From an uncultured Actinomycetota bacterium (GTDB lineage Bacteria > Actinomycetota > Geothermincolia > Geothermincolales > RBG-13-55-18), in contig CAZEAU010000010.1 in NCBI GenBank assembly GCA_964510515.1, positions 9,586-73,585 of the forward strand: a stretch of DNA of 64,000 nt, read 5' to 3'. Within the stretch, counting starts at the first letter, position 1. The number at the start of each line of letters is the position of its first letter. A program made the translations under genes and the position numbers. The notes beneath the pieces were generated by a model that saw only the letters and a program-made list of their open reading frames with translations, had not been told where the DNA came from and did not search any database. Shown one piece after another: positions 57,559 to 64,000 of this stretch.

Positions 57559-58975
57559 GGCCGCCCCTCCCCCCGCCGTAGGCCCTGACCAGCGACTGGA
57601 AATGTCTTCCCCTTTGCCGGAAGTCGGTATAGCGGTCGAAGGAGGCGCAGGCGGGGGTGAAGAGGACCACGTCGCCGGCCCGCAGCACTTGCGGCAGATG
57701 GGCGAAGACCTCCTCGAGCCCGGGGAGGGAACGCACCTCGAGGCGGACCTGCGCCCGCTCCAGCTCCTGCGCCATCTCCCCCGCGGCCTCGCCCACCAGG
57801 TACACGGCGCGCACCTCTCCCCGCCCGCCGCGCCTTCCCAGCTCGGCCGCCAGCGGCGCGAAGCTCAGCCCCTTGTTCCTCCCCCCCAGGATGACCACCA
57901 GCGGCCCCGGGAACGCCTGCAGGGCGCGCAGCGCCGCATGCGGGTTGGTGGCCTTGGAATCGTCGTAGAAACGCACCCCCCCGGCCTCCCCCACCAGCTG
58001 CAGGCGGTGGGGCAGGCCGCGAAAGCCGCGCAGGGCCTCCCCCGCCGCCGCGGGCTCGATGCCCAGGGACACGAGCACCGCCGCCGCGGCCATGGTGTTC
58101 TCCAGGTTATGCCATCCAGGCAGCGGGAGGTCCTCGGCGCGCAACACCTGCCGCGCGCCGGCGCGCGGGTCGCGGCAGAAGACCGCCCCCTCGCGCGCGA
58201 ATACCTCCGCCTCCTCGCGCGGTGCGCGCGAGAAGTAGAGCACCCGCGAGGGCGCGGATGCACTGGCGCGCACGCAGAGCGGGTCGTCCAGGTTGCATAC
58301 CGCCACCTCGCGCGGCCCCTGCCGGGCCCAGATACGGCTCTTCGCCGCCACGTAGTCCTCCAGGTCATGATGCCAGTCGAAATGGTCCTCGGCTATGTTG
58401 AGCAGCACCGCGACCTCGGGCCGGAAGTCCAGCGTATAAGCGAGCTGGAAGCTCGACACCTCCGCCACCAGCAGCGCCCCTTGCGCCGCCTCTTCCACCG
58501 CCCTGACCAGGGGGTACCCGATATTGCCCGCCGCGACCGCGGGCCTGCCCAGGCGCTCGCACGCCCAGGCGATCATGCTCACGGTGGTGGTCTTGCCGTT
58601 GGTGCCGGTCACCGCCACCAGCGGGCCGCGCGCCAGCCTCCAGGCCAGCTCCACCTCGCTCCACACCGCCACGCCCCTCTCCCCGGCCCGGCGCAGGAGG
58701 GGCAGCCGCGGGGGAACGCCCGGGCTCACCACCACCAGGTCCTTCCCCTCCAGCAGGGAGGGGTGGTGGTGGCCGAGGGCGCTTCCCGCCCCGCGCTCCT
58801 CCAGCTCCGCGGCGGCGGCCCTCGCCGCGTCCGCCCGCGAGATGTCGTTCACCGTGACCTCGACCCCCTCGCGCAGGAGCCTGTCCGCGGCGGCGCGGCC
58901 CGAGACGCCCAGCCCCAGCACCAGCGCCGAGGTGACGCCCTGCAGTCCCGGCCCGATCCCCTCAGGCATGCGCAA
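57551..58975 (-). CDS. murD: UDP-N-acetylmuramoylalanine--D-glutamate ligase
   Basis: VLGLGVSG Rossmann-like N-terminus and GTNGKTTT P-loop, 474 aa. Confidence 0.9.
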   Translation of the reverse strand: MRMPEGIGPGLQGVTSALVLGLGVSGRAAADRLLREGVEVTVNDISRADAARAAAAELEERGAGSALGHHHPSLLEGKDLVVVSPGVPPRLPLLRRAGERGVAVWSEVELAWRLARGPLVAVTGTNGKTTTVSMIAWACERLGRPAVAAGNIGYPLVRAVEEAAQGALLVAEVSSFQLAYTLDFRPEVAVLLNIAEDHFDWHHDLEDYVAAKSRIWARQGPREVAVCNLDDPLCVRASASAPSRVLYFSRAPREEAEVFAREGAVFCRDPRAGARQVLRAEDLPLPGWHNLENTMAAAAVLVSLGIEPAAAGEALRGFRGLPHRLQLVGEAGGVRFYDDSKATNPHAALRALQAFPGPLVVILGGRNKGLSFAPLAAELGRRGGRGEVRAVYLVGEAAGEMAQELERAQVRLEVRSLPGLEEVFAHLPQVLRAGDVVLFTPACASFDRYTDFRQRGRHFQSLVRAYGGGRGGHG

Positions 58976-59053
58976 CGCCCGCTCCCCCCCGGGAGGGGGC
59001 GGCGCCCGCCGCCCCAGCCCGGAACGCCCGCGGCGGCGTGTCTGCCGCCACGG

Positions 59054-60073
59054 CTACTTGCCCCCCACGTAATTGATATAGAAGATGATGAAGCCCGTGC
59101 CCACGAAAAAGCCCCCCACTATCCACAGCCTGATCAGGGTGGTCACCTCCGACCAACCCTTGAGCTCGAAGTGATGGTGCAGGGGCGCCATGCGGAAGAC
59201 CCGCCTGCCGGTGGCCTTGTACACCAGCACCTGCACGGCTACGGAGACGGTCTCGAGCACGAAGAGCCCTCCCAGCAGGAGCAGGAGCAGCTCGGTCTTG
59301 GAGAGCATGGCCACCGTGGCCAGGCTGCAGCCCAGGGCCAGGGAGCCCGTGTCCCCCATGAAGATATATGCGGGGGGGGAGTTCCACCATAAAAAACCGA
59401 TGCAGCTGCCCATGAGCGCCCCGCAGAAGATGGCCATGTCCAGGGACCCCTGCACGTGAGGGTAGAGGAACTGGTGGTTGCGGAACTGGGTGAAGGTGAT
59501 GAGGATATAGGCCGTCATGACCAGGATGGTCGCCCCCGAGGCCAGCCCGTCGAGCCCGTCGGTGAGGTTGACCGCGTTGGCGGCGCCGACGACCATGAGG
59601 AAGACCAGCAGGTAATACAGGGGGCCGAGGTCGCAGATGACCGCGTCGGAGCGGAACCAGTAGAGCTTGGTGTCCACCCCGAAATGCTGCGTGGCCAGAT
59701 AGGCCAGGGCGATGGAAAGCGCCAGCTGCCAGACGATCTTGCTCCTCCCCTTGAGCCCGAGGGAGCGCGCGTAGTGGAGCTTGGTGTAATCGTCGGCGAA
59801 GCCCAGCAGCCCTCCTCCCAGCAGGGCCAGCCCCAGGGCGAAACCCGTGCCGCCCTGCAGCTTCTGCGCCCACCACAGGAAGGCCGCCAGGGTGGAGAGG
59901 ACGATGAGCGCGCCCCCCATGGTGGGCGTCCCTTCCTTGGCCAGATGGGCCTGCGGTCCGTCCTCGCGTATGAACTGGCCGATGCCGCGCCGCCTCAGCC
60001 AGCTCACCAGCAGCGGCATGAAGAGTATGCATATGATGAGTCCGGTCAGCAACGCGGCCAGTACCCGCAGCAA
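59054..60073 (-). CDS. mraY: phospho-N-acetylmuramoyl-pentapeptide transferase
   Basis: 10-TM MraY with DD and DGLDGLA motifs, 339 aa. The overlapping track ORF 58962..60032 is in the wrong frame. Confidence 0.95.
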   Translation of the reverse strand: MLRVLAALLTGLIICILFMPLLVSWLRRRGIGQFIREDGPQAHLAKEGTPTMGGALIVLSTLAAFLWWAQKLQGGTGFALGLALLGGGLLGFADDYTKLHYARSLGLKGRSKIVWQLALSIALAYLATQHFGVDTKLYWFRSDAVICDLGPLYYLLVFLMVVGAANAVNLTDGLDGLASGATILVMTAYILITFTQFRNHQFLYPHVQGSLDMAIFCGALMGSCIGFLWWNSPPAYIFMGDTGSLALGCSLATVAMLSKTELLLLLLGGLFVLETVSVAVQVLVYKATGRRVFRMAPLHHHFELKGWSEVTTLIRLWIVGGFFVGTGFIIFYINYVGGK

Positions 60074-60149
60074 TCTGTATTCCTCCTCGCCTGTCGCCGC
60101 CGAGGCCGGCTGCCCGGCCGTGCCGGCGACTCCTCCGGGCGACCGTCCT

Positions 60150-61550
60150 CTAGGCCACCAGGTTTACCAGGCGCTCCAGGCCCAGAAAACGAGAGCCCTT
60201 GATGAGAACCACGTCGCCGGGCTCGATGATGGCGCGCAGGATCTCCGCCGCCCTGTCCACGCTGTCCGCGCTGAAGACGCTGCCGCGCGGCAGGCCTTTC
60301 TCCCGGGCTGCCTGCGCCGTGCGGCGTGACTTCCTGCCCACGGTAACCAGAATATCGGTGCCGCAGTCAACGGCCATCTCCCCCACTTCCTGGTGGGCCT
60401 GCTCGGAAACCGGCCCCAGTTCACCCATGTCCCCGAGCACGGCGATGGCCCTCTTCTCGCGGGAGATGTCCCCCAGGGCCATCAGGGCGGAGCGCATGGA
60501 GACCGGGTTGGCGTTGTAGGCATCGTTGATGATGGTGATCTCTTGCGGTCTTGTGATCATTTCCATCCTCCATCCTGTCGTCTTGGCCGATGCGATCCCC
60601 TCGGCAATGTTTTCCATATCAACCCCCATGATCTTTCCAACCGCCGCGGCCGCCAGCGCGTTGTGGACGTTGTGGCGACCGGGCAACGGCACGGCGATTC
60701 TCTTCACACCACCTCCTTTCGACCTCAAGGTGAAGGCTACCTTCCCATATTCATCCACGCGCTCGTCTTCGGCCCGCAGGTCGGCGGAGCGCGACCTTCC
60801 AAAGCAGAGCAGCGGGCACCGGCACATGGCGCGCAGCTCGCTCGCATAGTCGTCGTCGGCGTTGATCACCGCCCGGCCGTCACGAGGAAGCGCGCGCAGC
60901 AGCTCGCCCTTCGCCCCGGCCAGGTTGTCGCGGGTGCGGAAGTACTGCATGTGCGTCCAGCCCACGTTGGTGACCACCCCGATCTCCGGGCGGGCAAAGG
61001 AGCACAAGGCCGCGATCTGGCCCACCCCGCGCGAACCCATCTCCAGGACCAGGTGGCGAGTGTCCGGCTCCAGCGCGAGCAGGGTGAGGGGCACGCCGAC
61101 CTCGTTGTTGAAGCTGTCCCGCGAGGCCACCGTGCTCCCCGCGCGCTCCAGCACGGCGGCGGTGAAGTCCTTGGTCAGGGTCTTGCCGGTGGAGCCGGTT
61201 ATCCCCACTACCCGGGCCTCGCTCACATCCCGCTGGCGGGCGGCCAGCCTGGCCATGGCCCTCATGGTGCCGCGCACGCGCAGCACCGCGGCCCCCCTGG
61301 CGCGCGCCTCGTCCAGGACCTGGGGGGTGATGCGCTCCACCACCAGCGCGGCCGCGCCCTTCTCCAGGGCCACCGGCAAAAAATCGTGCGCGTCGTACCG
61401 CCTCCCCTTGAGGGCGAAGAATACCGCCCCCCTCTGCATGGCGCGCGTATCCGTCGCCACCTCCGCCACGCGGGCCGCGCCGTCCCCTCCCGCCCAGAGC
61501 ACGGAGGCACCCACGGCGCGCGCTATTTCCTCCACGCTCATGGGTATCAT
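60150..61550 (-). CDS. murF: UDP-MurNAc-tripeptide--D-alanyl-D-alanine ligase
   Basis: Mur ligase GITGSTGKT P-loop, 466 aa. The start overlaps the murE stop. Confidence 0.9.
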   Translation of the reverse strand: MIPMSVEEIARAVGASVLWAGGDGAARVAEVATDTRAMQRGAVFFALKGRRYDAHDFLPVALEKGAAALVVERITPQVLDEARARGAAVLRVRGTMRAMARLAARQRDVSEARVVGITGSTGKTLTKDFTAAVLERAGSTVASRDSFNNEVGVPLTLLALEPDTRHLVLEMGSRGVGQIAALCSFARPEIGVVTNVGWTHMQYFRTRDNLAGAKGELLRALPRDGRAVINADDDYASELRAMCRCPLLCFGRSRSADLRAEDERVDEYGKVAFTLRSKGGGVKRIAVPLPGRHNVHNALAAAAVGKIMGVDMENIAEGIASAKTTGWRMEMITRPQEITIINDAYNANPVSMRSALMALGDISREKRAIAVLGDMGELGPVSEQAHQEVGEMAVDCGTDILVTVGRKSRRTAQAAREKGLPRGSVFSADSVDRAAEILRAIIEPGDVVLIKGSRFLGLERLVNLVA

Positions 61551-63040
61551 CTCTTGCCCATCCTCTCGCGCAGCGCCGCCCTGGCCTCGTCGACGTCGTC
61601 GAAGGGGAGCACGCGGTCCGAGAAGATCTGGCCTTTCTCGTGCCCCTTGCCCGCGATGACCACCACGTCTCCCTCGGCGGCCTCGGCGATGGCGGCCCGG
61701 ATGGCGTCCCGGCGGTCGGCGATGACCACGTAAGGAGACCCGCCGGCGCCGCGTGCCCCCTCCTCGATATCGGAGATGATGGCCATGGGGCCTTCGCTGC
61801 GCGGGTTGTCCGAGGTGATGACGGCGAGGTCGGAGGCCTCCACCGCGATGGCGCCCATGATCGGGCGCTTGGCGCGGTCGCGGTCCCCTCCACAGCCGAA
61901 AACGGCGATGACCCGGCGGCGCGTGGTCTCCCTCGCCGCCTCCAGCACGCGGCGCAGGGAATCGGGGCTATGGGCGTAATCGACCAGGACCGCGAACTGC
62001 TGGCCTTCCTCCACCGACTGGAACCTTCCCGGCACCCCGCCGCAGGAGAGGATGGCGGCAAGGGAGGTCTCCTCATCCAGGCCCAGGGCTATGCACGCGC
62101 CCAGCGAGGCCAGGATGTTGTGGAGGTTGAAGCGGCCGGTGAGGGCCGTCTTCCCCTCCCAGCGGCGCCCCCGGTAGGAGACCTCGACCCGGCTCTCCTT
62201 CAGGCCGGCCTCCAGGAGAGCCCCCGCAAGGTCGGCCTCCCGCGAGGTGCCGTAGGTGAGCAGCGTGCCCGCCGCCGCCTCGGCCAGCCGCCTGCCGCGG
62301 GAGTCGTCTATGTTGACCACCGCCGCGCGCGCCCCCAGACCGCCTCGCGAGGTCGCGGTAAAAAGCCTCTCCTTGGCGCGGAAGTACTCCTCCATGTCGG
62401 GGTGAAAGTCCAGGTGGTCCTGGCTGAGGTTGGTGAACACGCCGACCTCGAAAGCGCAGCCGTCCACGCGCCGCAGGGCCAGGGCATGCGACGACACCTC
62501 CATGGCCGCCACCGCGCAGCCCGCGTCCACCATGTCCGCGAGTATCTCCTGCAGGTCGGCGGATTCCGGGGTGGTTCTTCCCAGCGGAACCTCCCGCCCG
62601 GCCACGCGGCAGACGACGGTGCCGATGAGCCCGCAGGCCCTCCCGGCCCGGGCCGCGGCCGCCTCTATGAGGTGGGTGGTGGTGGTCTTGCCGTTGGTCC
62701 CGGTCACGCCGACCAGCTTGAGCTTTCCGCTGGGGTGGCCGTGGAAACGGTCGCTGAGCAGCGCCAGGGCCAGGCGCGTGTCCGGCGCCGTCAACACCGC
62801 GACGTGCGCGGGCAGGCCCGGGGGCAAGCCGCGGCCCGCTTCCGCCACCACCGCCGCCGCGCCCCTCGCCGCCGCCTCCCCGATATGGAGATGTCCGTCG
62901 GTCACGTGTCCGCGCACGGCCACGAAGAGGTCTCCGGCCTCGACCCGCCGCGAATGATAGGCGATGCCGCTTACCTCCACGTCGCCGCCTCTCTCGCGCC
63001 GCAGGGCCTCCAGGCCCGCGGTGAGCGTGCTCAACCTCAT
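61547..63040 (-). CDS. murE: UDP-MurNAc-L-alanyl-D-glutamate--2,6-diaminopimelate (or L-Lys) ligase
   Basis: GVTGTNGKTTTT P-loop, ~497 aa from MRLSTLTAGL. The start overlaps the ftsI stop (ATGA); the upstream 87 codons of the track ORF look spurious. Confidence 0.9.
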   Translation of the reverse strand: MRLSTLTAGLEALRRERGGDVEVSGIAYHSRRVEAGDLFVAVRGHVTDGHLHIGEAAARGAAAVVAEAGRGLPPGLPAHVAVLTAPDTRLALALLSDRFHGHPSGKLKLVGVTGTNGKTTTTHLIEAAAARAGRACGLIGTVVCRVAGREVPLGRTTPESADLQEILADMVDAGCAVAAMEVSSHALALRRVDGCAFEVGVFTNLSQDHLDFHPDMEEYFRAKERLFTATSRGGLGARAAVVNIDDSRGRRLAEAAAGTLLTYGTSREADLAGALLEAGLKESRVEVSYRGRRWEGKTALTGRFNLHNILASLGACIALGLDEETSLAAILSCGGVPGRFQSVEEGQQFAVLVDYAHSPDSLRRVLEAARETTRRRVIAVFGCGGDRDRAKRPIMGAIAVEASDLAVITSDNPRSEGPMAIISDIEEGARGAGGSPYVVIADRRDAIRAAIAEAAEGDVVVIAGKGHEKGQIFSDRVLPFDDVDEARAALRERMGKR

Positions 63041-64000
63041 TGCGCCACCACCTTGTCCCCGGTGTTCACCTTCTCCAGGCTGGGGACCACCTGGAGCTGC
63101 TGCAGGGAAAACTCCATCACCTGGGAAAAACACGGTGCCGCGGCGAGCCCCCCGTACATGGTGTCCGGCTCGTCCAGGGCGATAACGCATACCAGGCGCG
63201 GGTTCTCCAGCGGCGCCAGGCCCGCGAAGGTGGCCACGTAAGCCTCGCGGTATCCGCCCGCGGGATCCGGTTTCATGGCCGTCCCCGTCTTGCCGCCGCA
63301 ATTATATAGAGTCATGGCGGCGCGCGTTCCCGTGCCCACCCTCACCGCTTCCCCCAGGATGTGGCGCAGGGATGCCGCCCCGTTCGCGGAGATGATCGGC
63401 TCTCTCTCCGCGACCTCCACCTCCTCCGCCCGGTTGCCCGCATGCAGTCTGCGCAGCAGGAAATGGGGCTGGACCGTGCTCCCGCCGTTGCCCACCGCGG
63501 CGGTGAGCACGGCGATCTGCAGGGGGGTCACCGAGATCCCCTGCCCGATGGCGATGGTCGGAAGGGAGGTGAGGGACCACTCCTCCAGGTCCAGCACCAG
63601 GCCCGCGCTCTCGCCGGGGAAATCCACTCCCGTCAACTCGCCCAGCCCGCTGAGGGCGATGTACTCGCTCAGGGCCTCCTCGCCCAGGGCCTGGGCGGTC
63701 TTGATGGTGCCGATGTTGGAGGAGTAGGCGATGACCTCGGCAAAGGTGAGGTCGCACTTCTCCATGGGGTGGTCGTCGGTGAACTCGTAGTCCGCGACCT
63801 GCAGGCTCCGGGGCACGTTGATCACCGACCCCGGGGTCACCACCTTCTCCTGCAGGGCGGCCATGGCGGTGAGTATCTTGAGCACCGACCCGGGCTCGAA
63901 GGCGTCGGTGATGGGCTGGGCCCGGGTGACCCCCGCGGGGACCTCGGGGAAGAGGTTGAGGTCGAAGTCCGGTATCACCGCCATGGCCAGTATCTCGCCG
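63037..64000 (-). CDS. ftsI: penicillin-binding protein (FtsI/PBP2B-class transpeptidase), C-terminal part; gene continues beyond window end
   Basis: Transpeptidase motifs SxxK region (FEPGSVLKILT), SSN (AYSSNIG) and KTGT (GGKTGTA). The head of the dcw cluster. Confidence 0.85.
   Translation of the reverse strand, partial: GEILAMAVIPDFDLNLFPEVPAGVTRAQPITDAFEPGSVLKILTAMAALQEKVVTPGSVINVPRSLQVADYEFTDDHPMEKCDLTFAEVIAYSSNIGTIKTAQALGEEALSEYIALSGLGELTGVDFPGESAGLVLDLEEWSLTSLPTIAIGQGISVTPLQIAVLTAAVGNGGSTVQPHFLLRRLHAGNRAEEVEVAEREPIISANGAASLRHILGEAVRVGTGTRAAMTLYNCGGKTGTAMKPDPAGGYREAYVATFAGLAPLENPRLVCVIALDEPDTMYGGLAAAPCFSQVMEFSLQQLQVVPSLEKVNTGDKVVAQ

Overview
High-GC (~70%) bacterial chromosomal segment, densely coded and mostly on the minus strand. 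The content is consistent with an Actinomycetota-like, possibly anaerobic, organism; that placement is inference. The six-frame track is full of long antisense and overlapping ORFs, typical of high GC with few stop codons, so I trimmed ORFs to conserved family starts. The track translates GTG/TTG starts as M.

Reading the plus strand 5'->3' (most genes are on the minus strand, so operons run right to left):
- 1..517: a partial Nif3-like gene that runs off the window start.
- 568..2838: a small DUF370/RemA-like protein and a PolX polymerase.
- 2995..11554: a complete arginine operon, argC-argJ-argB-argD-argF-argR-argG-argH. argR sits between argF and argG. A palindromic ARG-box-like operator overlaps the promoter upstream of argC.
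- 11642..18219: holA, comEC, comEA and leuS, with a near-consensus sigma70 promoter upstream of leuS.
- 18459..20739: a ThiI-like PP-loop ATPase and an MFS transporter.
- 21050..22147: two plus-strand hypotheticals, an internally duplicated protein and a small membrane protein.
- 22193..34527: an accessory-looking block centred on a class III PHA synthase operon (phasin, phaE, phaC, translationally coupled). PhaC carries an unusual ~75-aa Lys/Ala/Pro-rich histone-H1-like tail. The block also holds a 4Fe-4S ferredoxin-like protein, a split MFE-2 (MaoC hydratase and SDR dehydrogenase), a CrtI-like flavoprotein, an unknown Cys-motif protein coupled to a CooC/MinD-family ATPase with no CO dehydrogenase (CODH) gene nearby, a long acyl-CoA synthetase and a lipoprotein.
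- 34622..35161: an orphan degenerate type I-E-like CRISPR array (5 repeats, no cas genes) directly beside tRNA-Ala(GGC) and its terminator.
- 35231..42287: rsfS, an LCP-family gene, nadD, proA, proB, obg, rpmA and rplU.
- 42409..45397: a secreted CAP-domain protein with four ~110-aa tandem repeats, next to a sortase.
- 45414..49225: RNase E/G, then a DUF2344 plus radical-SAM (TIGR03960-like) pair.
- 49334..64000: a dcw cluster, ftsZ-ftsQ-ddl-murB-murC-murG-ftsW-murD-mraY-murF-murE-ftsI, with ftsI partial at the window end. There is no ftsA or sepF in the window.

Several Rho-independent terminators, a perfect 36-bp direct repeat pair and motif-rich long intergenic regions are also noted.
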